Below are positions 25,046 to 38,835 of a DNA stretch of 64,000 nt, piece after piece; position 1 is the first letter of the stretch, and each line of letters starts with the position of its first letter. The notes beneath the pieces are model-generated. The model was given only the letters and a program-made list of their open reading frames with translations. It was not told the origin of the DNA and did not search any database. The position numbers and the translations under genes were made by a program. Origin of the DNA: Perna viridis (taxonomy: Eukaryota); assembly GCA_037379345.1 (NCBI GenBank), contig CM074525.1:13321275-13385274 (forward strand). The letters run 5' to 3'.

Positions 25046-26879
25046 AACATCATTGAATGTTTGTTGCTCGCTTTTAAAGTTCTGTTAAGCTGTGGAGTGC
25101 ATTTTACTTGTTCCGAATTGTTATAACTGTCACGTGGGTATTCTCTCAAATTTTCAAGTTGACATTTTAATGAGTACTCAAGGGAACCAAAGCTAAAGTA
25201 GTAATCAAAAGAATCCAGGGGCAAAGACCAGGATGTTGGTCAGACGGTTATGGTATTACATAGATTTTGTGATTCATGTCAAAGACAGTAAGATATTTTT
25301 ATTGACGTGCTAGATAAGCATTAGTTGAATGAAATGTTGCAACACTTGTGCGTTAGATAAACATATGGGGTAACCATTTGAACAGATGTGACTTTGGTGT
25401 ATTAGTCAAATGTGGTGACCTGTCGATCTCTTTTCATTTAGATGAATTACATGATCCACATTGGCGCATTAGATAGAAATTTCAGGGGACTCTTTGATCT
25501 GTTGTGACTTTGAAAAATAAAGTGATCCTAGCTTTGATACTTTATCACACTGGTGTATATGATAGACATATTAAGTGATCATTTGATCTGTTGTGACTGA
25601 TACATAAGACAAATGGGATCATCCTAAAACATGCTCTGACGAATATGTCCTTCGTGTCTGTATGGTGTACAGATGGTGTAGACAAATAACAAAACATCGC
25701 TACATATATGTGTTCACTTTAAGATGTATTTAACAGACGGACAGACAGGTGTATATAACAGGTCAATTAGACAGTGCACATAGACCCCTAGAGCTCTGGT
25801 CCTTTGTGTACAGTGTACTGATTGAAGTGCCTTGAAAAAGGCAGTTAAGTATAGTTCAATCTAAAAATCATTTATGTAAATATTTTGAACACAACTATTT
25901 AGGTTTGAAAACCAGTAAATAAAGTATACAAATTTTTCATATAAAATTTGTACATCCAAGTAACACTTTAATTACTAGGCAGTTAACACAGATCTCTGCA
26001 TGGTTTTTTAATAGAGCAATACTTTAAAGTGAATGTGCTGATGATAAATAAAAGAACTCAATTAGTTGGTGACATTTTAATAATAAAAAAACAAATTATT
26101 TGCAGAAGAAATATTGATCAATGTACTTATGTAGAAATGTAATTATAAAATTAAGGAAAAAAATGTAAAAGTGAAATCATAACTTTATATAAAACCATCA
26201 CAGAAATTACAAAGTAGATGAAAACTTTAAACAATACATCACCAACAAATAGAGCAATACTTTAAAGTGAATGCACTGAAAAAAGAACTCAATAAGTTGG
26301 TGACATTTATATAGAACTATCACAGAAATTACAAGTACATGTATTAAAAACTAAAACAACTAAAACAGAACAATAAATCACCTACAGTGTACATTACAGA
26401 GATTTATTTACAATAAAAAAGTTTGATAATGAAATAAATATAAATTAAAACAGAATTATAAATCACCTACACATTACATTACAAAGAGCTATTTACAGAA
26501 AATTTAAAAAATACAACTTTTTTCATCAAATCTTAAAAATATTTGCATTTTCTGTTTCAGTGAAATGCACTGAGTAAAACAAGACCCCACAAGTGTTGTC
26601 AATTATCAGATATAAAAATATTACACCAACATGAAAAAAATCTATTTTTCTCATTCGAAACACTGAGTTGAATAAAACAAGATCCCCCAAGTGATGTCAA
26701 ATACTTAGAATTAAAAAGATATTTAGATTCTGGTGAAAAAAAAATGTATAATTTATAGAGATCTGACTAATAGTAATCAATATTTTATGTGACTCTTTAA
26801 AAGGTTTCTGAGAGTTTCATTGTATGTTACTTCTAAAGGTGTTCGATCCCAACACCTGTGATGGATCAGCATTTCTATC

Positions 26880-27940
26880 TAACAACAATTGTAAAATATC
26901 GGTATGTCCTTCATTACGCACATCAGACAATAAATCTTTATGTTCATTCATTACTTCCTGAATATTTCCACCTTTAGTTATTAACAGTTTTACAATATTA
27001 AGATGACCATAAAGACATGTATAATACAAAGCTTTCTGAATGTCAGCACCTTTAGTTATTAACTGACATATAATATCAGTATGACCTTCCTCACACACTT
27101 CATACAATAAATCTTTATGTTCATTCATTACTTCCTGAATATTTCCCCCTTTAGTTTTTAATAGGTTTACAATATTAAGATGACCATAAAGACATGTATA
27201 ATACAAAGCTTCCTGAATGTCAGCACCTTCAGTTATTAACAGTTCTATAATATCAGTATGACCACTCCTACACACATCATACAATAAATATTTATATTCA
27301 TTCATTACTTCCTGAATATTTCTACCTTTAGTTAACAGTTTTACAATATCAGTATGACCTCTCCTACACACTTCATACAATAAATCTTTATGTTTATGCA
27401 TTACTTCCTGAATATTTCCACCTTTAGTTATTAACAGTTTTACAATATTAAAATGACCTTTACTACATGTATAATACAAAGCTTTCTGAATGTCAGCACC
27501 TGCAGTTATTAACAGTTCTACAATATCAGTATGACCTCTCCAACATACTTCATACAATAAATCTTTATGTTTATTCATTACTTCCTGAATATTTCCTCCT
27601 TTAGTTATTAATAGGTTTACAAAATTAAGATAACCATAACGACATGTATAATACAAAGCTTTCTGAATGTCAGCACCTTCAGTTATTAACAGTTCTATAA
27701 TATCAGTATGACCTTTCTCACACACTCTATACAATAAATCTTTATGTTCATTCATTACTTCCTGAATATTTCCACCTTTAGTTATTAACAGTTTAAGTAT
27801 AAAAAGATGACCATTTATACAACTATAGAACAATGATGTTCTTCTATAACTATCTTTTTTGTTTAAATTACATTCTATAGAAATGAGATATTTAACTAAT
27901 TGACAAAAACCTATCTTTGATGCTTCAATCAGTGGTGTAG
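26880..27940 (-). repeat. Ankyrin repeat array; 177-bp unit of alternating 26-aa and 33-aa repeats
   Basis: Translation of 26817-28475 shows ALYYTCxxGHLNIVKLLITKG alternating with LLYEVCxxGHTDIIxLLIT; near-identical at DNA level. Confidence 0.92.
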
Positions 27941-29599
27941 TAATATAATGATAGGAATGCATGAATACATGATCTTTGATTACACTGTTCATACATTTAT
28001 CATCTAATTCAAGAAATAATGTTTTACATGATTCTTTGTTCTGTTCCATGTATCTCATCAATTTGTCTTGAAAACTGTGTTTTTTTAATTGTTGGTTGTA
28101 AAATAAGGATTTTCCATCTTGTTCTTTGAGACCTTTGAAAATTCTGTCAAAGTAAAGATGTTCATCTTCTTCTGATAAATACAAATATGAATCATCTTGT
28201 TCTGGATCTTGACCTGGAAAAACACTTTTAAATCTGAATTTTTCAGCTATGAATGATGAAGGTGAATATGTAATGAAAAGTTCTGGATGTTGACGACCAC
28301 AAATTACAGCAACCATATCATACAGTTTATCATGGGCTATTGTGTACGCTGATCCTGTTTTCTTGACATAAGTTCCATCAAGTCGTTTATATGTATCTCT
28401 TAACTGCTTTTTATCCATCTCAATGCCAAGATTTATTATGAAATTAGTTACTATGTCAGTAACTTTCTGTCTCATTTTTTTCTGGTATTCTTCTAGGATT
28501 TATATATGTTTCATCAAATCCATCACTGAACAGTACACATAGAATTAAAGCACAGAACTCAATTTTGTTGGTTTCTATCCTTATTTTTATATCATTCATA
28601 ATACCTTTAATGGGAGATTTGAAAATTTCAGTAACTTCCTTGACTGTTTTTTCTTTTGACATCTTACAAAGTAAAGGAAAATAAGGATACTTGTCCAACA
28701 TTTTACCTAATTTCTTTATATATCATTCTCAGATAGATTTGTGTATTTTTGTATCATTTTGAGTCTTTCATCATGAGTCAGTTGATGCTCTTTTGATTCT
28801 AGATCACATGAGTGTTCAGTTAATATCTTCAAAGACTTAAATTTTGTATCCTTGAATAATCTCATCTGCCTTGTCATACCATGTCTGCAAGTCTTGTTTG
28901 TTAATAAAGTTCTTCCCACAGATATCATCTACTACAAAAACCTGATTCTTCTTAATATCTCGGTTTTGTATGATATCGGCAGGACAAAATGATAGAATAA
29001 TATCATATCCTTTCTTTTTATTTAGTTCCAGCGCCACATGGTGTATTATCGAAGACTTCCCAGACCCAACACCTCCAGTAACTACAACAACATCTTCCTT
29101 TTCAATCAACTCGGTCACATATTTTGTTGCCCTGGTAACCGTAAACATTGCTTCCTCTTTTTCCCATCCTTCTATATTCATTTTGTGTTTTTCTGAAATC
29201 AGATTTAACATTTCAATAATTTACATTTAATCATTTAGATAATTTACATGTTAATTCCTCAATATTATTAGATTGTCCAATATTATTTTAACGAGATGAG
29301 CAGCGAGTTTAATACATAAGTTTTATAAGCGCTGCAAAGTTTCCTTTTGTGACCATATTTTCGTGGAGTGCTACATGAGGTCACGCATGTTGTACTGCTT
29401 TACGATAATTTTCATTTCATTCTCACTTGACTGGTGTTAAGTGATTTTATTGTGTCTGTTGGAATACATAAAACTAAACAAATTTTACCAATTCCCAACA
29501 TACAATCTTAGTGACATAAATAGTATTTCCTAACAAATGTAAACTGCAGTTATTTAGTCCCATTCAGGTTTTGATTATGTTCTAAATCTTCTTTTAATA

Positions 29600-32070
29600 T
29601 TTGAATTGTCAGTCAAATGAACTGTTGTTGGTGTATGTTTTTGTCTGTCAGAATTACTGTTGTTGGTGTCAGCTGTTGTCTGTCACAATTACTGTCGATT
29701 GTGTTAGTTGTTGTCTATCATAATTTTTGACGTCACATATGTTGTACTGCTTAACAATAATGTTCATTCTCACTTGACTGGCGTAAGGGATTTCAAATAA
29801 AATAATGATAATGATATATATAATGATTCAAAATTATATTTTATTTATTTATTAGTCCCACTCAGGTTTTGATTACGTTCTACTTTTCTAAATCTTCTTT
29901 AAAATCTTTAAATGTTTGAAATTTCTATTTACAATACCATAATTACTTTTGTCTGCATTAGTTTTTGTCTGTGATAATTACTGTTGTAAGTGTCAGTTGT
30001 TGCCTGTAATTAATTACTGTTGATGGCACTACTTCATGTCTGTCACAATAACTGTTAATGTTTTAACTGCTGTCTGTCATTATTACTGTTGTTGGTCTAA
30101 GTTGTTGACTGTCAAAATTACTGTTGTCAGTGTTAGTTATTGTCTGTCATAATAATTTTTGATGATGTCAGTTGTTGTCTGTCACAATTACTGTTGTTGG
30201 TGTAAGTTATTACTTGTCATAATTAATGTTGTTGGTCTAAGTTGTTGACTGGTAGTGTTAGCTGCTGTCTGTCATAATTACAATTGGAAGTGTTAGATGC
30301 TGTCTGTCATAATTACCTTTGGTGTCAGTTGTTGTTTGTCATTTTTGCTGCTGTTGAAAGTTGCAGTCAAAGTTACTGTTGATAGTGTTAGTTGTTGTCT
30401 GACATTATTACTGTTGGTGGCATTAGTTGCTGTCTGTCATAATTACCATTGTTGGTGTCAGTTGTTGTCTGTCATTATTACTGCTGTTGAAAGTTGCTGT
30501 CACAATTACTGTTGATAGTGTTAGTTGTTGTCTGACATTATTACTGTTGAAAAAGTTAATTTTATCAGTCATAATTACAGTGATTGGTGCTATTTGTTGC
30601 CTGTTACAATAACAGTTGTTTGCGCTATTTGTTGCCCGTCACAATAACTGTTGATGGGGTTAGTTCTTGTATGTTTGTATTGCAGTTGTTGAAATGAGTG
30701 GTTGTCTGACAAAAAAACTGTTGATTGTGTTAGTTTGTGGTCTGTCAAAATGACTGTTGATGGCGAAAGTTGTTGTCTGCCTTCAATTCTGTTGTTGGTG
30801 GAAATTGTTGTCCATCATAATTACTGATGGTTGTGTGATTTGTTGTCTGTCATAATTACTGTTGTTGGTGAAATTTGTTGTCCGTCTTAAATACTGCTGT
30901 TGGTGTAAGTTGTTGTCAATCTTCAATACTGCTGTTGGTGTTAGTTTTTGTCTGTCAAAATAACTGTTGGTTGTGTGATTTGTTCGCTGTCATAATAACT
31001 GTTGAGGGTGAAAGTCGTTATCTGTCTTCAATATTGTTGTTGGTGTTAGTTGTCTGTCATAATTACTGTTGTTGGTGTAAGTTGTTGTCCATCTTCAATA
31101 GTGCTGTTGGTGTTAGTTGTTGTCTGTCATAATTTACGTTGTTGAAAATTGCTGTCCGTCAAAGTAACTGTTGGTGATTTAATTTTTGTCTGTCATAATT
31201 ACTGTTGCTGGCATTAGTTGTTGTCTGTCATAATTACTGTTGTTAGTGAAAGTTGTTCATTGTCAAAATAAGAGTTGATGGTGTTGGTTGTTTGTCATTA
31301 TTACAGTTGTTGAACTAAGTTGTTGTCTGTCATTATTACAGTTGTTGAACTAAGTTGTTGTGTGTCTTTATTACAGTTGTTGAATTTAGTTGTTGTAAGT
31401 CATAATTACTGTTGCTGGCATTAGTTGCTGTCTGTCATAATTACAATTGTTGGTGTCAGTTGTTGTCTGTCATAATAAGTACTGTTGTAAGTTTATGTCG
31501 CATAATCTGTTGATAGTGTAAGTTGTTGTCTGACATACATGTAATTACTTTTGAAAGTATTAGCTATTATCTTTCCTTAATGTTGACAGTCATAATAACT
31601 GTTGTTGGTGCAAGTTGTTTTCAATTATTTTTACTGTTGGAAGTGTTACTTGTTGTCAATTAAAATTACTTTTGAAATGGTTAGTTGTTGTTTGCCATAT
31701 TACTGTTGACAGTGCAAGTTGTTGTCTGCCATATTTCTGTCGATGAAGTTAGTTGATGTCAGTCATTATTAGTTGTTAAATTTAGTTGTTGTATGTCATA
31801 ATTACTGTGGATAGTTTAATTGTGTAAGTTGTTGACTGTCATATTTAATGTTAGTAACATTTATCTTCAATGCTGTTGTTGGTGGTATTTGTTGTCTGTC
31901 ATAATTACTGTTGTTGTTAGTTTCTGTCACAATTACTGTTGATAGTGTTAGTTGTTGTCTGTCACAATTACTGTTGGTATTATATGTTGTCTGTCATAAT
32001 GCATGCTGTTGTAAGTTGTTGTCTGTCATAAGAACTGCTTATAGAGCAAGTTGTTGTCTGAATTATGTCT
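29600..32070. repeat. Degenerate 35-bp minisatellite (tgttgtctgtcataattactgttgttggtgtaagt), intronic
   Basis: Dozens of diverged units, interrupted at about 29730-29930. Confidence 0.92.
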
Positions 32071-32992
32071 GTCATCTTTACTGTTGTTGTTCTTTGGCAC
32101 CAGCACTGTCTTTGTTATTTCTATTTTTATATTTGTCTTAATTATTTTGAATGAATTTGTTGTCTGATGTAGTTTTCTTTTTTGTATCTTTATTTTGTTG
32201 TTTTTGATGTTTATCTTTTACAGTCCTTTTTTGTCAGTCATTTCCTCCGTTGTGAGTCCTGTTGTTTTTTTTTATTTTGTTGTTTTTTAAGTTTATTCAT
32301 GATTCTCCTTTTTTGTCATTTCCTCTGTTGTCTGTCAGTCTGTCATTATTTATGTTGTTGTCTTTGATGTTTATCTATTCACATTTATTCCTTTTTGTCT
32401 GTCATTTCTTCTATTGTATATCAGTCTGCGGTTGTTTATTTGGTTGTCTTTTGATTTTTAAATATGATTCTCCTTTGGTTTTGTCTGTCATTTCTTCTGT
32501 TGTATTATTGGATCGATAAAGCAATATTATTTATCTACCTCTCATATTCCAGTGTAAAATTTGTTCTTGTTCGTCTGGAAAGTAAATGATTCATTAAAGT
32601 AATAATATGTACTACTTCCCTATATCTTAGTAAAATTCTTATACAAATCTCATGTTTATCTGGAATTTTAAATTTCAAGAAGGTTTGCAATGTTTTTTTG
32701 TTTTGTTTTTAATTCCTTAAGCTCATACTTAAGGAACAATCATATCAACTTTCACTGACTTCCATTAAGTAATTTCGGAGGAGAAAATACTAGAAAGGAA
32801 TAGCATTAAGAAAAGTGAAAAATGTCGAAAAAGGTCAATAACTCCACAAATGGCTAAACAGAATAACAGAAATATTTGGCCACAGATAGATCTCATCCTG
32901 CTGAACACTTTTGTCCTATGTCAGAATTTGGATAAACCTAACAGTATTGTAGATAAATGGAAACAACTTTAGTCAAGGTGAGGCAATAATAT

Positions 32993-32994
<2 letters not shown>

Positions 32995-33048
<54 letters not shown>
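32995..33048. repeat. Poly-T tract
   Basis: More than 50 consecutive T. Confidence 0.95.
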
Positions 33049-33050
<2 letters not shown>

Positions 33051-34294
33051 GCTGTTCCCCTTTTTTCCTTTTGTATTGTTTGTTGGTTTGGAAAACGAGT
33101 CCAGTGAATATTTGAACAATGATAACTGAAAACTTTACAAAATATTTTACTAGGATTTGTCACAGATTACATTTTGAACAGTTGGGCCAAGTACGATGGA
33201 CACACCATTCAAATTTAACGGAGTGCAATCAAATGTTTAAAAGGTTTTCATCAGAATGAAAGTGGCCATAGAACTTAAAAATGTACGGACCATACAGACG
33301 TACGAAATCAGCAATTTATATTGAGGTGATAAGAATGGTGGGTGTGCTATCAGGCCATAAAAGAAGCTAAACAGCTATTTATTTCATATCTTGTATATAC
33401 TTAGACAATTTATCACTACGCCTTTCCATAGTAATGATTGAGCAATAGGACGAACTAATTGACCTCTAGATGGAGTCAAAGGTCATTATTTCTGCCCTTT
33501 TCTTCAAAATTTTCAATAACTAGCCGGAATAATAGAGGACTGTATAGGATTCAACTAAACCGAAACAAGTAAAGTACACATCATTTCACTAGCCAAAATC
33601 AATTTTTACTAGCCCCGGGTTTTGGACTAGTGGTTAAAGGAAAGCACTGTAATAGTTAGAACACATTGAAATGGTCAACTGTAATTACAAATTAGCTTAC
33701 AGATCACCTTAGTCCTAATATTTCAAATTTTCATTTTGACAGTTGGCAAAATTTTAATAATACTTCATCATCAATTAAAAGAATGAATTGATTGACCTGT
33801 ACATTCTTAATATCACCAGATACAGATATCTATATCATTCCTTTTTCACTGGACCATCAACAATCAGCACAATGGGTGCCTTACAAGAAGCAGGAATTAC
33901 TCATCTACCCAGATCACCTAGGATTAATGGGATTCATGCTGTTTGTTTTGTCTGTGTGTACTGTTTCAGTCACTCTGTATAGTACTATTAATTCTACATA
34001 TTTTACCAGTGTAGTGTTCTAGACAAAGTGTTACCCTTATTTATACCGTGGGCATTGCTAATTTTCCTAAATACCTTTATTTTTTTTAAAGTAAAACAAT
34101 TTGGCCCCATTATACATGTATTACAGCCTATTATCTTACCTTGTCTTTTATATAATATCTCAATAGATTCTTTTGAACAAGTTGGCCCTATGATACATGT
34201 ATTACAGCCTATTATCTTACCTTGTCTTTTATATAATATCTCAATAGATTCTTTTGAACAAGTTGGTCGTATGATACATGTATTACAGCCTATT

Positions 34295-34720
34295 ACAACA
34301 GGGTTATGTTGCTACAAGATTGAAGTCATCACTACAGAAGTTTTGTGGTCGTCATCATGAACTCGCGGATCGTTATGGTGTATCCATCTGCACCATGAAA
34401 ACTGATTTATTCAACGGGTCATAGTTTTCCTTTCCTTGTTTGTCTACCCCAGACTTGACTTTTTATGAGCAACTCGGCGGGTGTTTCTAGAAAAGCAGAG
34501 GATGCTTACGCTAATGGTGCACCTGGTCCATGCTCCCAGTTTTTAGTAGAGTAGGAGTTGCTCATTTACTTTTGTTACTTTGTATGTATGATTTGAGTTA
34601 CTTTATGTTCTTTGTTGTGTATGCCTTTGTTGTGTATGTCTGTTTTCCATGTCTGGTCTTTGTCCCTGGATTACATTCTTTTGATTACCGCTATGACCTT
34701 GGTTCCCTTGATTACTCTTT
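34295..34720 (+). mobile_element. 5'-truncated PLE inserted in an 84-bp tandem array
   Basis: QGYVATRLKSSLQKF fragment plus complete 3' end; flanked by copies of gaacaagttggtc.tatgatacatgta.taca.cctatta. Confidence 0.85.
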
Positions 34721-35822
34721 GAACAAGTTGGTCCTATGATACATGTAATACATCCTATTATCTTACCTTGTCTTTTATATAATATCTCAATAGATTCTTT
34801 TGCTTCTTTCATTTCTGCATTTGCTTTTTGACACAGTATCAATTGATTCTGTCTCCAGGTCTGATGCCTTGTCATCACCTTTCTGTTTCTGCGTTTTTTT
34901 AACCGTGAAATTGTAATTGAGCAATAATATTTTCCTCAAAAGTTTATCAACGAAATTTGATCTTTATCATTCTAGTGCTCGATTAATAAAATTTGTAGTA
35001 TGTCAAAAAATGTGTCTGATCAAGCGCAGGTGCGATTCAGACTTGAGAATGGCTAACCAATAGATTGATCTAGTGAATACCTATTCTAAAAATAAAGTTA
35101 TAACTATTTATAAGTCAGGGAATAGAGGAACATAGTCCAAATAATGACAACAAAATCTTTCAAAAAATAGTTTTTATTTTTTTTAGATTTGCCATGCCTG
35201 ACAGACTTATTTCACTGAAAAACGGCAAGTCCGAGGTGCAGTTTTTTAGTCCCGGACGTCGGGCTCTAGGAATTTTTATCCCCTGTTAATGTATTTGAGA
35301 ATGAGATTGAGTTAATAACATACATGTATGAGTAAAAATTGTCGCTTTGATTGGTCAATTCAGTCAACATTTAGTATTTATGCGAGTTCATCGACACACT
35401 TTATCGCTTCTTCTGTATTGTAGATAACCATTCAGGTGTGTAGCACACCGTCTCTACACTGTAAGACTGTTACAGTCTGTACATTCTTTGCTTCTAACTT
35501 ATCTACGGTTATGCCGTTTTCTCATAGGAATGTAACATTCCGAGAGAATGCTTTGGTTTAGATTTATTCGGACCTTTCGGCTTCTTCATATGCTAATTTA
35601 TCATGAAATAATTAGTATTTTTGGTTTTCTGTCAAGCTAAAAATATAGCCCCGTAAACAAACATTAGAGTGTTAAGCCAGTCACTTCCAGTTGCATTGCC
35701 TTTCCGGTTAATTTTGAAGTTGTCAAGCATTTGTTTTATATCAAAGGCTTTGTACTTAGTCAATTAAATTTTGTGTTTCAAAGTGTTATATAAACTGGCC
35801 ATTATCACTGAGAAACTTGCAC

Positions 35823-36526
35823 ACACTACACTCAGCGACTTGTGTTTCTCTAACACTCAAGTCAGAGTTTTAAATCTGTATTAGTCGGTGAAACACGATG
35901 TCAGTCGGATTTTTTCACGGTGAAATGTGAGTGTAACACCCACCCAGCTCGGACATCGTGTATTCCAGTTGTCAATTGTGTACGGAGAACCACCAACCCT
36001 GATTTTACAAGTCCGTCACTCGAATCAAATTACAAATATCAATACTTTCAAAGTGTTTTATTTATATTTATAAATAATAATTATCAATTTACAAATGTAA
36101 AATTAAAGTATCAAAAGATTGCATTATTACTTGATAAAAATACGAAGTCATATTTTTACATGATATCTGCCACTCATTGGATGTAGCTGTAAAAAAAAAT
36201 CTCACACCAAAAAATGAGAAACATGTAAAAATATTTAAAAAAAAAAAGAAGATGCCGTTTTTTTAAGGACATGAGTAATTTTTTATTTTAACTGGAGTGC
36301 TCCGAATTACCTGAGAAACTGAAACACAATATACACCGTATCTTATAATGAATTCCCTGTTATGCCTCATTGACAACATTGAATTTTACGACTATTGCAA
36401 CATACAAATGTTCGGTGTTGGCTGGGTGGAATCTGGGTGGTAAACACTCAAAATGTCGGTGTAACACCATGTTTCACTCAGGTCGGACTTAAGTGTTAGA
36501 GAAATAAATGTCGTTGAGTGTAGTGT
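35823..36526. mobile_element. MITE-like element with imperfect terminal inverted repeats
   Basis: acactacactcagcgacttgtgtttctctaacactcaagtc versus the reverse complement of gacttaagtgttagagaaataaatgtcgttgagtgtagtgt. Confidence 0.65.
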
Positions 36527-36569
36527 ACATGTACAGAACAGAAGACTCCCGTTACATAAGTATACAGTT

Positions 36570-37135
36570 CCTGTTGATAGCATTGTTGAAGTGAAAGTAT
36601 TTTACACTGGTTTCCGTTTTTGTTGTTTGCATTAGTCAAAGTGCTCACTTTATCAATTGATTTCATCTTTAAAATATGATTCAGTAGGAGTTTTATTCGT
36701 TTCGTTTCTTAGTTTACTAGTACCCAATGAAAACGAAAATAAAATTCAATAACATTAAATTTCTGGTTAATGACAGCTCTGCGTAATTAAAGAGAATGTA
36801 TTCAAAAATAAAACATCAAGAACAAGTTCATAAATACATTACAAGTGTGGTCCTGTCTTACATGATGGTATATTCTCCTAATTCTGCCCACCGAATGCTA
36901 TCAGATGTGCCATGATTTGCATAGGTTTTTCCCGACAGCAAATCATACAGTAAATAGAAATATCGAACTCGGATGGGATAATTTCCGGAAAATCAAATAG
37001 TTAAAAAAAAACATATTTATTAATATTACAATTTATAAGTAATTTCCATACTTTAACATCACATCAAAACAATAGAATGAAATGAACAAATTAATTACAT
37101 GATTCAGAAACAAGACTTATAGTCTTCTACCAATC
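36570..37135. repeat. Dispersed repeat, copy B (partner at 310-880)
   Basis: Colinear similarity to 310-880. Confidence 0.8.
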
Positions 37136-37589
37136 CTATGATTTGCTTGATTTTAGTGGGAGATGAATGTTTGATTTTCAAAAAGTGCAGATCTGAATGT
37201 AGAAATGATTATCCTTGTGTGAAAGTATATAGCATATCTAGACCGGAAAAAAAACATCGTTTGTTTGGTGGGTTTTTCTTCACTGTGAATCAATTTACCA
37301 TTGGCAGTGTCTGCATTTTATATGGACTGGTTCTTTAAAATTACTGAAACTTTTGAAGAGGTTAGTATTGTTGGCTATGGTAAAATGAATACTACCGTTT
37401 TTCCTACACGTAACCTGAATGGTATTTTCCATTTTTTTAACACGTGCAATACAATATTTTGACATTTGTAGCATATGCATGTTTGTGCATAGTGTTATGT
37501 AATGGGTCAGTAAACAGTAAATGGAAATACACTGATTGAATTAATTGCTTTTGACAAGTAAATATTTTGGTTCGATTGAACTTAAGAAA

Positions 37590-38835
37590 GTTAGCCATTG
37601 GTCAGAGTTAGAATGTACTGTTTGATGGAATTTTGTTCCATTCTAGAGTAGCGAAAGCAAAGAGAACAAAATGTCTAGACCGATACCAATTTGTTATACT
37701 TGACAGTCTTATTAAACAAGTTCTTGTGTTGTATCATGATTCACCAATGGCAGCGCATGGTGGAATCCAGGATACACTGGATACAATCAAACAATCTTAC
37801 TATTTTGAGTTTATTGCAAATGTCACAAAAGAAGTGCTTAGAAGTAAAACCTGAGTATACACCTAGTTTTGTACATCACTGTTTAGGTGCGTGTGAACGA
37901 ACTCATTCAAGTCTTGCTGAACGTTTGACACCGTATATGATAACTATGTCTTTAGATGGTATGGTTCCAGCAATTACATTTGCCATGAATTCATCTGTTA
38001 ATTCAAGTACAGGATTTTCAGCATACGAAATTATTTATGCACAAAGGCCAAAATTTCCACTGACTCAAAATTTGATTCCAAGGGATTTACTAACATTATC
38101 AAAAGATGTAAGGTCTTATATAGCTTCCCAGCCAAATAAACTGAATGTTATACAAGAGCAAGTCAGACAAAATATCGAGGAGGCACACGTACAAATGCTT
38201 GAAAATGCAAATAAAGATGTAACAGAAGAAACGTTTGAGAAAGGTGATTTTGTTTTTCTTTTTGAAAAACCTACAGGAGACGGTCAGAAATTGTAAAATA
38301 AGTTTACGGGACCATTTATTATTCACGAGGTACCATCTGATCACATGACAATGCTACGTGATCCATAAATCAAAAGACAGTTTCCGGAACTGATTCACAA
38401 AGAAAGACTGAAGCTTGCTCATATTCGAACACCAAATCCGTCACCGTTTTTCAAAGTCATTCATTCTATGAAAGATGTAAATTTGTCAGTGAGTATACCC
38501 AAACGCATCTGCCAACAGAATCGAAGAATGAAGCGACGATTGTACGTTTTGACCGAAGGCGGACCGTTCGTCAAACTAGAAAACCAATCAGATACCGTGA
38601 TAGTGACCACGTAGATCCGATCAGAGACATTCCAACCTTCTTTGTGATGTCAGATACAGATGGGTTTCACAAGATAAAACGTGTATTGGCTCAAAGGACA
38701 ACTAGAGGAAAGAGAGAATGTTTAGTTCATATCTCCGGGGAGCCTGCTGAAAATGCAGTCTGGGTTCCATTTTCTAGATTAAATACTAAGACAAAATTAG
38801 CTATTGAAAGGCTGTTTTGTAAATATTCGTATTAA
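37590..38835 (+). pseudogene. Ty3/Gypsy integrase fragment with GPF motif and chromodomain-like C-terminus
   Basis: YHDSPMAAHGG (Zn-binding), GACERTH, NSSVNSSTGFSAYEIIY, KFTGPF, then FHKIKRVLAQR...ECLVHISGEPAENAVWVP; core partly deleted. Confidence 0.8.

Larger units (their letters stand above)
26817..34888 (-). pseudogene. nSTAND3 NTPase + ankyrin-repeat (NLR-like) gene, disrupted; exons about 34767-34888(+), 32539-32574 and 26817-29192
   Basis: Walker A GGVGSGKS and Walker B VFVVDD preceded by the F.VTRA motif; FPLLC motif, then HDK and ankyrin repeats; consistent phase-1 splice chain KRQ|DEQEQILHWNMR|EKHKMNIEGW; three frame disruptions at about 28855, 28718 and 28478. Confidence 0.85.

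Noticed and set aside
26035-26060. Hammerhead ribozyme (ctgatga; also at about 52570)
   Set aside because: No stem II or GAAA core with supporting helices
30297-32519. Hydrophobic Cys-rich ORFs
   Set aside because: Artefacts of a 35-bp (non-triplet) TG-rich minisatellite and T-rich low-complexity DNA
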